This document shows, in pieces, positions 27,349 through 36,675 of a stretch of 54,630 nucleotides of DNA (its first letter is position 1; the number at the start of each line of letters is the position of its first letter). The DNA is from Parcubacteria group bacterium CG10_big_fil_rev_8_21_14_0_10_36_14 (GTDB taxonomy: Bacteria > Patescibacteriota > Patescibacteriia > GCA-002772895). The notes below the pieces were generated by a model, which saw only the letters and a program-made list of their open reading frames with translations, was not told the origin of the DNA and searched no databases. The position numbers and the translations under genes were made by a program. The stretch covers positions 1-54,630 of the forward strand of contig PFCS01000006.1 in assembly GCA_002772895.1 (NCBI GenBank), written 5' to 3'.

Positions 27349-27924
27349 ATGGCAGAGGAAAAAACTACAATCAAAAAAGAAAAAAAGGTTTCTAAAAAAG
27401 AAGCAGGTGAAAAAGAATTAAAAAAGCCAAAAAAAAGCGCTCCAAAAAAAGAAGCGCCAAAGGAACCGGAAGAAGAAAAAATAGAAGACGCGATACAAGA
27501 AGAAGATGCTGAAAAAAAGGAAAAACTGGGAAGACCTGGATTTTTACAGGCTGTTGGCAGAAGAAAATCTGCTATTGCCAGGGTAAGAGTATTAAAAAAC
27601 GGAAGCGGAAAAGCAACGGTTAATGGAAAAGATATAAAGGAATATTTTGGTTCAGACTTTTTAGTTGAGATTGCTTTCGGAGCTTTGAATAATGTTAGCC
27701 AGTTGAAAAAACTTGATGTAAGCGCCAAAGTAGAGGGCGGAGGCAAAAAGGGACAAGCAGAAGCAATTCGTTTAGGTACTGCCAGAGCATTATTGGAGCT
27801 AAATCCTGTATTTAGAAAGAATTTGAGAAAAGTTGGTTATCTTACTCGTGACCCACGCGTAAAAGAAAGAAAAAAACCTGGATTAAAGAAAGCGCGTCGA
27901 GCGCCACAGTGGAGCAAACGTTAA
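27349..27924 (+). CDS. rpsI: 30S ribosomal protein S9 with ~60-aa Lys/Glu-rich N-terminal extension
   Basis: S9 core from GRRKSAIARV to the C-terminal RRAPQWSKR. ATG 27349 is chosen. Confidence 0.9.
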   Translation: MAEEKTTIKKEKKVSKKEAGEKELKKPKKSAPKKEAPKEPEEEKIEDAIQEEDAEKKEKLGRPGFLQAVGRRKSAIARVRVLKNGSGKATVNGKDIKEYFGSDFLVEIAFGALNNVSQLKKLDVSAKVEGGGKKGQAEAIRLGTARALLELNPVFRKNLRKVGYLTRDPRVKERKKPGLKKARRAPQWSKR

Positions 27925-27944
27925 AATTTATTTTACATATCAAG

Positions 27945-27965
27945 TCCCCCGAAAGGGGGATTTTT
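27945..27965 (+). terminator. intrinsic terminator after rpsI (related to the GC-rich hairpin element)
   Basis: Hairpin tccccc-gaaa-ggggga followed by ttttt. Confidence 0.7.
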
Positions 27966-28002
27966 GGTATAGAATAATTTTTATAATACCTAATTTTTAT
28001 AG

Positions 28003-28031
28003 TTGAAAAAATAAGCTAAAAATGTTATAAT
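28003..28031 (+). promoter_or_regulatory. sigma70 promoter of the glycan cluster
   Basis: TTGAAA, 17-nt spacer, TATAAT. Confidence 0.6.
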
Positions 28032-28048
28032 TAAGTAAGATATTCAAT

Positions 28049-29500
28049 ATGCAACAACATTCAACAGGAAAAATAATAAAAAATACAGTCCTCTATACTG
28101 GCGCACTTTTAGCGCAAAAGATAATTTCTTTTGCGTATTTTTTGTATTTGTCCTCGCGTCTTTTGCCTGATACGCTCGGCTCTTACGTGTGGGCGCTTTC
28201 TTTCACGACTCTTTTTTCTATAGGCATGGATTTGGGGCTATCTCCCTTATTAACTCGTGAGACTGCGAAAGACGACGAGAACAACGAAAAATATCTGCGC
28301 AATATTTTGGGTGTAAAAATTCCACTTGTTGTTATTACCACTATTGTTGCTGTTACGGTTTTACTGCTTACCAAAAGCGATTGGACAACTCGCTTTTTAG
28401 TTTTTGGCGCTAGCGGAATTATGATTGCCGATTCATTAAGTTTGCTTTTTTATTCTTTTTTACGTTCAAAACAAAAATTAGGATATGAATCAATGGGCGT
28501 AATCGGGTTTCAGGTAATAACTTTAATTGGCGGAGTAGTTTTTTTAGAAATTACCGGAAATATAATTTTCGTGATGCTTGTTTTGGCTTTTTCAGCTATT
28601 GTAAACGCTATTTATGCAGCTCTCGTAATAAAATTAAAGTTTGGATATTCTCTTTGTCCTGCTTATGACAAAAAAGTTATAAAATATTTTTTTCGGATGA
28701 TGCCGGCTTTTGCTTTGTCAGGAATCTTCATAAAAATATATAATGCGTCAGACGCTGTTATATTGGGTTATATTGCTGACAATAGAGCGGTGGGGCTCTT
28801 TAGTATTCCCGCTAAAGCCGTGACTGCTTTTCAAGCTCTTATTCCGGGTGCTTTTCAGGCGACAATATATCCATCAATGAGTAATTTTTATGCCACATCA
28901 CGCCAGCGCCTGAAAAACTTATTTGAAAAATCGTTTAATTACTTAGGATTGATTGCTATGCCGATAGCTTTGGGGCTTTATGCTGTTTCCGAACCAATAA
29001 TGAAGCTTATTTGGCCAAAATACATTGATGCAATCCCAACATTTAAGATAATGTCTTTAGCGATACCGTTTATTTTCTTAGCATTTCCTACGGGATTATT
29101 GCTCAGAGCTTGTGACAAGCAGACAGCAAACACCGTGAATCGTGGTATTATCACCGTTTTGTCAGTTGTTTTAAATTTAATTTTGATTCCAATTTATGGC
29201 GTACTTGGCGCCGGTATTACTTTTTTGGTGGTAAATGTCGTACTTTTAATTCTGGATTTTATTTATGTCAGAAAGGTTATAGATTTTAGCATAAAAAAAA
29301 TTGCCTGGTATAATCTCCGCGTTCTTTTTGCGGGTATTTTTATGGCTATGTTTGTGAAGACTTTTATACAAGGTATGCCATTTTATTTAGCAATAGCGTT
29401 TGGAGTCCTCGTATTTATATCTTTTATTTTTCTTTTTCGGGTTTTTACAAAAGAAGAATATTATTATTTCAAGAATAAAATATTAAAAAATGAAGACTAA
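28049..29500 (+). CDS. MOP/Wzx-type oligosaccharide flippase
   Basis: 483-aa protein with about a dozen predicted TM helices, lying in a glycosyltransferase cluster. Confidence 0.7.
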   Translation: MQQHSTGKIIKNTVLYTGALLAQKIISFAYFLYLSSRLLPDTLGSYVWALSFTTLFSIGMDLGLSPLLTRETAKDDENNEKYLRNILGVKIPLVVITTIVAVTVLLLTKSDWTTRFLVFGASGIMIADSLSLLFYSFLRSKQKLGYESMGVIGFQVITLIGGVVFLEITGNIIFVMLVLAFSAIVNAIYAALVIKLKFGYSLCPAYDKKVIKYFFRMMPAFALSGIFIKIYNASDAVILGYIADNRAVGLFSIPAKAVTAFQALIPGAFQATIYPSMSNFYATSRQRLKNLFEKSFNYLGLIAMPIALGLYAVSEPIMKLIWPKYIDAIPTFKIMSLAIPFIFLAFPTGLLLRACDKQTANTVNRGIITVLSVVLNLILIPIYGVLGAGITFLVVNVVLLILDFIYVRKVIDFSIKKIAWYNLRVLFAGIFMAMFVKTFIQGMPFYLAIAFGVLVFISFIFLFRVFTKEEYYYFKNKILKNED

Positions 29501-30527
29501 TCTTTTGATTACAATTGATTATAAGCCGAATATCGGAGGTGTAGCGCGGTACCTCGAAGGTTATGTAAAGATACATGATTTAGATGTTTTAGCGCCTGAT
29601 ATTTCTATGCAAGCCTCAATTTTTGAAGAAGAGGGTGTTATAAGAAAAAAATTAATATGGAAAGGGTGGCCAAAATGGTTGCCGGCTTTGTATTGGGGAT
29701 GCAGAATTGGAAAAAATTACGATAACCTAATCATAAGTCATATTTTACCAATTGGATATATAGGGCTTTTATGTAAAAAACCATACACTTTAATTTTACA
29801 TGGGCTTGATATATTAAACGCGAACAAAAGTAAATGGAAAAGATATTGGGTAAAGAAGATTTTAGATAAAGCAAGTTTAATCGTTGTGAATAGTAAGGCT
29901 ACAGGAGAACTTTTGCGTACTGTTTTTGGTGATTTGTATTCTTATAAAGTGGAACATCCAAGGATAATGTTGATGCCAAAAGCGACAGAAGATTTTAGGG
30001 AAAAGTACGGTTGGCAAAATAAAAAAATTATTTTTTCTCTTGGCCGGTTAGTAAAAAGAAAAGGACAGTCAAAACTTATAAAGTTAATGCCACATATTTT
30101 ATTGGATAATCCGAATGCGTTGCTTGTTATTGCGGGAGACGGACCATATAAGTCCGAACTTATAGCAATAACAAAAGAGCTGGGGCTTTCTGATAGTGTT
30201 ATTTTTTTAGGAAGAGTTTTGGATGTTGACTTGCCTAATTTGTATAGTGCGTGTGATATTTTTGTTCTTACAGCTTTACCTTCAAAAGATAATTGGGAAG
30301 GTTTTGGAATGGTTTGTTTGGAGGCGGCTTATTATGCAAAGCCGGTAGTTGTTACAAATTCTGGAGGATTAGGGGAGGCGGTTGAAAATGGTGTTACTGG
30401 ATTTGTTGTTCATACGGATGAAGAACTTTATAGCACGATTTCCGAGCTTTTGAAAAATAAAAATTTACGTGAAGAATTGGGCGATGAAGGAAAGGCAAGA
30501 GTAGAGGAAATTTTTTTAGTAAAATGA
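29490..30527 (+). CDS. glycosyltransferase family 4 (GT-B, group 1)
   Basis: C-terminal EGFGMVCLEAAYYAKPVV...SGGLGEAV GT4 signature. Confidence 0.8.
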   Translation: MKTNLLITIDYKPNIGGVARYLEGYVKIHDLDVLAPDISMQASIFEEEGVIRKKLIWKGWPKWLPALYWGCRIGKNYDNLIISHILPIGYIGLLCKKPYTLILHGLDILNANKSKWKRYWVKKILDKASLIVVNSKATGELLRTVFGDLYSYKVEHPRIMLMPKATEDFREKYGWQNKKIIFSLGRLVKRKGQSKLIKLMPHILLDNPNALLVIAGDGPYKSELIAITKELGLSDSVIFLGRVLDVDLPNLYSACDIFVLTALPSKDNWEGFGMVCLEAAYYAKPVVVTNSGGLGEAVENGVTGFVVHTDEELYSTISELLKNKNLREELGDEGKARVEEIFLVK

Positions 30528-30542
30528 TAAAGTAATATTCTT

Positions 30543-31217
30543 ATGATATCTGTTATAATCCCGCTATACAATAAAGAAAAGACAATTAAAAAAACAATTG
30601 AATCAATTTTAAATCAATCCTACTATGATTTAGAAATCATCGTGATTGACGACGGTTCAACAGACAAGAGCTTGCAAGAGGTCAAAGGATCTAATGATAA
30701 AGTGAAGATTTATTCTGAAGGAAAAAATTATGGCGCAAATTGGGCGCGCAATTTGGGCACTCACAAAGTAAGCGGAGATTATTTGTTTTTTTGTGACGCG
30801 GATATAATTTTGAAACGTGATACTCTAAAAAAATTAAAAAACGCATTAGACGAAAATTTTAATGTATCCTATGCTTATTGTTCCTTTAAGCTGGGATGGA
30901 AAGTAATGCGTGGGATGTCTTTTGATGAGGTAAAATTGAAAGAGGTTAATTATATTTCCACAATGTCACTTATTAGACGTAAGGATTTTTCGGGATTTGA
31001 TGAAAACCTAGTAAAGTTTCAGGATTGGGATTTGTGGCTTACAATGTTGGAGCAGGGGAAACGCGGAGTTTTCGTTGATGAAATTTTATTTGAAGCTATT
31101 CCTGATAAGAGAGGAAAAAGCAGATGGCTCCCAAAAATATTTTATAAATTACCACTAAAGGAGGTTAAAAAATATAATGAAGCGTTACAAAAAATTAAAT
31201 TAAAACATAAGTTATAA
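30543..31217 (+). CDS. glycosyltransferase family 2
   Basis: ISVIIPLYNKEKTI, IIVIDDGSTD and FCDADI (DxD) motifs. Confidence 0.85.
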   Translation: MISVIIPLYNKEKTIKKTIESILNQSYYDLEIIVIDDGSTDKSLQEVKGSNDKVKIYSEGKNYGANWARNLGTHKVSGDYLFFCDADIILKRDTLKKLKNALDENFNVSYAYCSFKLGWKVMRGMSFDEVKLKEVNYISTMSLIRRKDFSGFDENLVKFQDWDLWLTMLEQGKRGVFVDEILFEAIPDKRGKSRWLPKIFYKLPLKEVKKYNEALQKIKLKHKL

Positions 31218-31248
31218 CTTGCCAATATTTAATCGTAGACCAGAAATC

Positions 31249-32661
31249 ATGAATTATAAATTACGAATTATACACATAGTATACGTTACTTTTTTATTAT
31301 TAGGCCTTTCTTTTCTTGGCTATTTTTATTCTGATATAAAAATAGCCGGGTTTATTGGATTTGGATTGTTTTGTTTGGTTTTGGGGGTGTGGCGACGTGA
31401 GTATGCGTTGTACCTGGCCTTTCTGGAGCTCTGCCTTGGATCTTTCGGGTATTTGTTGTCGTTTGATGCGGGTGGCCTTCATTTGTCGCTTAGAATGCTG
31501 TTTTTTGTGATAATAATGGGTTTATGGCTGGCGGATTTATTGCGAAAAAAAATTCATCCTAATTTTTCTTTTCAGAAGGAAAGAACTTCTCCCTTTTTAA
31601 AAGGGGGACCCGGGGGGATTTTCATATTTTTGGCATTATTTATGTTAATTTGGCTCTTTGCCATCTTACAAGGATATTTGCGAGGTAATGGGTTATCTAA
31701 TATTTTTTTTGATGCTAATTCATACTTATATCTTTTGCTTTTATTGCCGGCGCTGGCTTATATAAATACAGAAGAAAAACTGAAAGATTTAAAGAAAATT
31801 ATTTTAACTGGAGCTAGCGTTTTAGCGTTCGGAACGATAGCTATATTTATAACATTCACATATTGTAAAAGTCCAAATTTTTTAGGAATTTTATATAAGT
31901 GGCTAAGAGATTTTCGTATCGCGGAAATTACCCCGCTTCAAGGCGGTTCTTATAGGATATTTTTACAATCCCAGATTTTTTTAATTGTTGGGATGATTAT
32001 TTTGGCAGAAAGATACTTTTTTGGAAGAATTAAATTTTGGAAGTACAGTTTACTCACAATTCTTTTTAGCGCCTCTATCTATATCAGCTTATCTCGTAGT
32101 CTGTGGATTGGGCTTATGATAGGATTTGTTGTCTTTTTGCTTTTGGCAAAAATATTAGAAAAAAAGAAAATTCTTAAAAAAAGCATCACCTTAATATTAT
32201 CTATTTTAATCGGAGTTTTGCTTGTAGGGCTTTTTGCAAAAGGGAATATAATAGATGAACGCTTAAAAATAGGAGAAAGCGCGTCTAATACTCGCATTGA
32301 ACAGCTCGTTCCACTTTTACCCGCTATTTATAAAAATCCTGTTTTTGGTTATGGATTTGGGAAAACATTAACTTTTTTTTCACGCGATCCTAGAATAAAT
32401 GGCGAATATACGACTTATGCTTTTGAGTGGGGTTATTTGGACATGATTTTAAAATTTGGAGTTTTGGGGCTGGCTATTTATTTGGGGTTTATATTTATAA
32501 TTCTTCGTGATTTATTTATAAATAAAAATATTGCCTGTTTAGCACTTATTGTTTCGCTCTTGGCAATCCATATGTTTACGCCATATCTAAATCATCCATT
32601 GGGCATAGGCATCTTGTTATTGACTTTTTTGTTGAGATATGATATAACAGGGAGAGAATAG
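31249..32661 (+). CDS. O-antigen ligase/polymerase-like membrane protein (Wzy_C-like)
   Basis: Polytopic membrane protein with a SLSRSLWIGL loop motif. Carries the in-frame GC-rich insert SPFLKGGPGG. Confidence 0.6.
   Translation: MNYKLRIIHIVYVTFLLLGLSFLGYFYSDIKIAGFIGFGLFCLVLGVWRREYALYLAFLELCLGSFGYLLSFDAGGLHLSLRMLFFVIIMGLWLADLLRKKIHPNFSFQKERTSPFLKGGPGGIFIFLALFMLIWLFAILQGYLRGNGLSNIFFDANSYLYLLLLLPALAYINTEEKLKDLKKIILTGASVLAFGTIAIFITFTYCKSPNFLGILYKWLRDFRIAEITPLQGGSYRIFLQSQIFLIVGMIILAERYFFGRIKFWKYSLLTILFSASIYISLSRSLWIGLMIGFVVFLLLAKILEKKKILKKSITLILSILIGVLLVGLFAKGNIIDERLKIGESASNTRIEQLVPLLPAIYKNPVFGYGFGKTLTFFSRDPRINGEYTTYAFEWGYLDMILKFGVLGLAIYLGFIFIILRDLFINKNIACLALIVSLLAIHMFTPYLNHPLGIGILLLTFLLRYDITGRE
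31588..31618 (+). repeat. GC-rich hairpin element, copy B (in frame inside the O-antigen-ligase-like gene)
   Basis: tctcccttttt-aaaaggggga stem followed by cccgggggga. Confidence 0.7.
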
Positions 32662-32669
32662 GAGGTATA

Positions 32670-32918
32670 ATGCTCTTTAAAATCAAAAAGCTTTATGCTA
32701 TTTGGCAATTACTTGAAAAACCTATTTGTGAGCACGAGGGCACACGTTGCTTAAAAGATATTTTAAAGCTGGCATTTGAATATCGGGAAAATACAAAAAT
32801 GCCGGAGGATATGCATAGGTGTTTTAGGACGATTGTGGCATTCCAAAATGCCCGTAATTTCTTTTTTGGATTGCCAAAAGAAATAACAGATAAACTGCAA
32901 CGCATCAGGGAGATGTAG
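32670..32918 (+). CDS. orphan small protein, 82 aa
   Basis: GGAGG lies 4 nt before the ATG, immediately after the upstream stop. I recognise no family. Confidence 0.55.
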   Translation: MLFKIKKLYAIWQLLEKPICEHEGTRCLKDILKLAFEYRENTKMPEDMHRCFRTIVAFQNARNFFFGLPKEITDKLQRIREM

Positions 32919-32927
32919 GAGGAGGAT

Positions 32928-33167
32928 ATGCAAAGGAAAAAACGCATAACCCAAAAAGATTTATTAAAGGATTTTTTGGAAGCGTTGCTCAATCCACGCG
33001 TTTGCAAATGTGAAGATGCGCCAGGAGAAGAAGATGTAAGGCGATGGGCAAGCAATGGCGAATATCCAAAAGATGCGCATCAATGCCCTACTAGTAAAAG
33101 TTTTTTCGATTTTTATAAAGACTCCTATGAAAGAATTAGTAGGTTATGCTCTAAAAGAGTAAAGTAA
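32928..33167 (+). CDS. orphan small Cys-containing protein, 79 aa
   Basis: GGAGGAGG precedes the ATG, 9 nt after the upstream stop. I recognise no family. Confidence 0.55.
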   Translation: MQRKKRITQKDLLKDFLEALLNPRVCKCEDAPGEEDVRRWASNGEYPKDAHQCPTSKSFFDFYKDSYERISRLCSKRVK

Positions 33168-33183
33168 TCCATCAAACAAAAAT

Positions 33184-33207
33184 CCATCCTGCAAAGGATG
33201 GTATTTT
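33184..33207. terminator. bidirectional terminator (glycan operon / fmt)
   Basis: Hairpin ccatcct-GCAA-aggatgg flanked by T/A runs. Confidence 0.6.
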
Positions 33208-33231
33208 AATATTCGGAAGAATAAGTAATAA

Positions 33232-34140
33232 TTATTTCATGTAACCGCGAATAAAGTCTCTGTCTGTCATTGGTAGTTTGCCTTCCGGTTGGAGCTTGTG
33301 GATAAGTAGGGTAGAGGTTTTTCCACAAGTTACAGCGAGCTTTTTTAACGGAGTTTCAAAAAATTGTCCAGGTTTTTTATCCAGATAATTTTTTGAAGAG
33401 ATAGATGTAGTAAGAATTTTTAGACGTTTGCCAGCGTGCTCACAAAAAGTACCCGGCCATGGGTCATATGCCCTTACCATTCTTTCGATTTCTATAGCCG
33501 ACTGATTCCAATTAATGCGTCCGTCTTCGCGTTTTAATATTTTTGTAAAAGTTGCTTTTTTATGGTTTTGCTTCTCTGGTTTTATTTTTCCGGAAATATA
33601 TTTTTTTATTGTTTCTATTAAAAGTTTTGGATATTCTTGGGACAGGCGCGTATAAAGCGAGCCGTAAGTATCGTCTGCTAAAATTGAAACTTTTTTTTGT
33701 GTCAAAATCGGGCCATGATCCATCTCTTTATCAATCAGCATAATGCTAATTGCTGTTTCTTTTTCTCCGTTTAAGATAGTAGTTTGAAGTGGAGACGCTC
33801 CTCGGTATTTTGGCAAAGCAGAAGGATGGATATTTATAGCTCCGCGCGTTGGAATATCTAATATTTTTTGCGGAATAATTTTTCCATAGTCTACAACTAC
33901 AATCAAATCTGGCGCAAGGTTATTTATTTGCCCTATGATTTTATTATCAAAAGTTTCCGGAGAAATTACATCCAAACCCAATTGTTTTGCTTTGACCTCT
34001 ACAGAGGTTGGAGCGATAGCTTGTTTTCTTCCGGATGGCTTTGCCGGTTTGGTTATAGCCAGCACAATATTAAAATTCTCTGCCAAAGGTTGCAGAGCCG
34101 GAAGCGCAAAATTGTTTGTGCCAAAAAATACTATATTCAT
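33232..34140 (-). CDS. fmt: methionyl-tRNA formyltransferase
   Basis: NIVFFGTNNFA N-terminus and HPSALPKYRGASPLQ motif. Confidence 0.9.
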   Translation of the reverse strand: MNIVFFGTNNFALPALQPLAENFNIVLAITKPAKPSGRKQAIAPTSVEVKAKQLGLDVISPETFDNKIIGQINNLAPDLIVVVDYGKIIPQKILDIPTRGAINIHPSALPKYRGASPLQTTILNGEKETAISIMLIDKEMDHGPILTQKKVSILADDTYGSLYTRLSQEYPKLLIETIKKYISGKIKPEKQNHKKATFTKILKREDGRINWNQSAIEIERMVRAYDPWPGTFCEHAGKRLKILTTSISSKNYLDKKPGQFFETPLKKLAVTCGKTSTLLIHKLQPEGKLPMTDRDFIRGYMK

Positions 34141-34214
34141 AAGTAGATAATTCCCGATTTTGTGGAGGAATTACGTTAAGAAAGCCCCTCGACAAGCTCG
34201 GGGACTAAAACATT

Positions 34215-34658
34215 TTATTTTTTTATAAGTTTGTCAATAAACAGCACGCCGTTTAAATGGTCAATTTCATGTTGAAAAATAATAGAGGGGATATTTTTTA
34301 GGTCTAACTTTATCATATCGCCCTGCTCGTTTAATGTTTTTACAGTTATTTTTTGGCTTCTTTTAACATATCCATTTTTTCCGGGGACAGAAAGACAACC
34401 TTCTTCAATGGCTATTTTTTTAAGAGAACGCTTTGTTATTTTTGGATTTATGTATGCACCTATGTTTCCATCTATTTCTACCAAAATAATTCTTTTCAAT
34501 GTGCCGATTTGAACTGCGGCAAGACCAACCCCACCCGCTTTTTTTATCCAATATTTCATATCCGCTATTAATTTTTTTATTTCTGGACTAGAAAATTCTT
34601 CCGTTTTAACGGTGGTTGATTTTTGGCGTAATAGTTTGTTTGGATAAGTTACGATCAT
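34215..34658 (-). CDS. def: peptide deformylase
   Basis: GVGLAAVQIG, EGCLSVPG and QHEIDHLNG motifs. Confidence 0.9.
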   Translation of the reverse strand: MIVTYPNKLLRQKSTTVKTEEFSSPEIKKLIADMKYWIKKAGGVGLAAVQIGTLKRIILVEIDGNIGAYINPKITKRSLKKIAIEEGCLSVPGKNGYVKRSQKITVKTLNEQGDMIKLDLKNIPSIIFQHEIDHLNGVLFIDKLIKK

Positions 34659-34752
34659 AGGGGGGATAGCGTTTAGCAGTTAGTGGTTAGCGTTTATATC
34701 AATTTTTTCTGTTGTATTTTTCCCATACATAATACATAGTACTTAATACTGG

Positions 34753-36615
34753 CTAATATATTGATATCGGATCCACATCTATTTGGTATTTATCGGGGAT
34801 GATATTTTTCAGAGCGGATAAATTTTTATCCAATGACTCTTTCAAAATAATATGCATTAAATAATTTTTTGTTCGTTTTTTATGAAAAGGCGCAAATGGC
34901 GGGCTTGCATTAAATTCTTTTTTCAATAATTCATTATACAGGTTTTTGGCGTTTATTTCAAGTTCTTCGTTATTTTCGTCCTTACAGATAATCTTTATAA
35001 GACGGGAATATGGAGGATAATTTATTTTTTTGCGTTCATTAAGTCCATTTTCATAAATATTTTTCCATTCAGAAAATAGTATATTCTCCGGATTAGCGGT
35101 TTGTACCAATGCCTTTGCATTTATTTCTTGCGCAAACTGTAAAAATCTATATAACGCCATAGTTGCGTTTTCCTGCTGATTAAATTCTGGACGAATAAGA
35201 TAGAAATCAAAATCCAGAATTGCCACCCCATATATCATTTTCATATCAATTTTAGGCAGAGTATTCTTCCAGAAATAATCCGTTGTAATAAGAATGTCCG
35301 AGGGAATAAATCCTGTCGTATCGTTTTTTGACATCGTTCGAACGTTTATACCGGGAAATTCTTTTTCCAGTATTTTTTTGAAGTTTTCTATACCTATTCT
35401 GAGGGGTTTCAAACGGGCATTTTTGCATTTTGGACAGACTGTCTCAACCTCTTTTTTTATGTTGCAATGATAACATAAAAATGAGTTATTGTCAATACTA
35501 AAAGGGTTTTTACATTCCGGACATTTGAAGACATAATTGCAGTCATTACAAATTATAAGGGAATCTTTTTCTTTGCGATTTAGGAATAAAATTACCTGTT
35601 TATTTTTTTCTTTTGCTTCTTTTATCATCTCATATAACGGAAAGCTAAAAAGAGGGGATGCGGAACTTTTTTCTTTTTTGATATCTACTAAAGAAAAGGT
35701 ATTTTTTGGCAAAGGGCTATTTAGTGGAATAATTTTTTTTTCTTTTATTTTTTTATATACTGCAAGTTCCGGTAATATGTCGCTAAAAATAATTTTTGCA
35801 TTAAAATTTGCTGAATATTTTGCCAATACTTTTTTTGCGTCATATCGTGGATTTTGATCCCATTGTTTATGGTCTTCTGATGAAGAATTATAGATAAAAG
35901 AAAGGGAGAGTTTTCTGAATGGTAAAAAAACAGATGGTCTTGTGCCGATTATAACTAACGGCTGTTTATCTAAGATTTTTTTCCAAAGAGCAAATTTTTC
36001 TCCTTGGCTTAACTTGCTGTGCCAGATAACAAGACTATTTCCAAATACATTATTGAGATATGGGGTAAAAAGTTTTATATCCTGAAGAGAGGGGACTAAA
36101 AAGAGGGCTTGTTTATTTTCTGAAAGCGCTTTTTGCGCCAGTTTTATAAATACCCCCAAGGTTTGTTTAAGGTTTTTATCAAATAAAAAAAATAAATTAT
36201 TTTCTTCCGTTTTTTTAAGAGCAGAGTAGAGCTTTGTGGATTCATCTTTAGAAAATGAAAGTGATTGTTTTGTTATATCCTTTTCTTTTGTTCGCGCATT
36301 TACAATTTGAGGAATGAAAAAATTATAAAAAATAGCAGGCGATGAAAGATAGTAATCCGATGCCCACGAGAATAGTTGCAAAAGTGATTCGGGCAGGATG
36401 ATATCCGTTAGACCTTCAATTTGTTTGATGTCTTTATTTTGGACAAAAGCTTTTTCCGTAGTGCGTGTTACTACACCATAAATTTTTCTTTTACGAAAAT
36501 AAACGACCACTAAGTGGCCGGGTTTAATTTTATTTTCCAATTCTGTTGGAATTGAGTAATCAAACTCATCAAATCTGCGGGGAAGCTTTGTGAGGGGTAT
36601 AATTTTTGCGAACAT
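34753..36615 (-). CDS. priA: PriA-like primosomal protein N' with degenerate ATPase motifs
   Basis: PriA architecture is present (3'-DNA-binding N-terminus, Cys4 x2 zinc region CNDCNYVFKCPECKN...CYHCN...CPKCKN). There is no GxGKT anywhere, and DEEH is replaced by SSSEDH. Confidence 0.75.
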   Translation of the reverse strand: MFAKIIPLTKLPRRFDEFDYSIPTELENKIKPGHLVVVYFRKRKIYGVVTRTTEKAFVQNKDIKQIEGLTDIILPESLLQLFSWASDYYLSSPAIFYNFFIPQIVNARTKEKDITKQSLSFSKDESTKLYSALKKTEENNLFFLFDKNLKQTLGVFIKLAQKALSENKQALFLVPSLQDIKLFTPYLNNVFGNSLVIWHSKLSQGEKFALWKKILDKQPLVIIGTRPSVFLPFRKLSLSFIYNSSSEDHKQWDQNPRYDAKKVLAKYSANFNAKIIFSDILPELAVYKKIKEKKIIPLNSPLPKNTFSLVDIKKEKSSASPLFSFPLYEMIKEAKEKNKQVILFLNRKEKDSLIICNDCNYVFKCPECKNPFSIDNNSFLCYHCNIKKEVETVCPKCKNARLKPLRIGIENFKKILEKEFPGINVRTMSKNDTTGFIPSDILITTDYFWKNTLPKIDMKMIYGVAILDFDFYLIRPEFNQQENATMALYRFLQFAQEINAKALVQTANPENILFSEWKNIYENGLNERKKINYPPYSRLIKIICKDENNEELEINAKNLYNELLKKEFNASPPFAPFHKKRTKNYLMHIILKESLDKNLSALKNIIPDKYQIDVDPISIY

Positions 36616-36675
36616 AATCAACAGAGGTATTTAATAGCCTAAACCTTAATAACCTGTTAAGCGCTAAGAATAAAA

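Noticed and set aside
26900-27540. Lys/Glu-rich extensions on L17 (C-terminal) and S9 (N-terminal)
   Set aside because: They are real in the translations, but charged tails on ribosomal proteins are common in small AT-rich genomes. Noted in the features only.
32693-33055. 120-aa minus-strand ORF antisense to the two orphan small genes
   Set aside because: It has no SD and a Ser-rich low-complexity translation. It spans the junction of two plus-strand ORFs that each have a canonical GGAGG.
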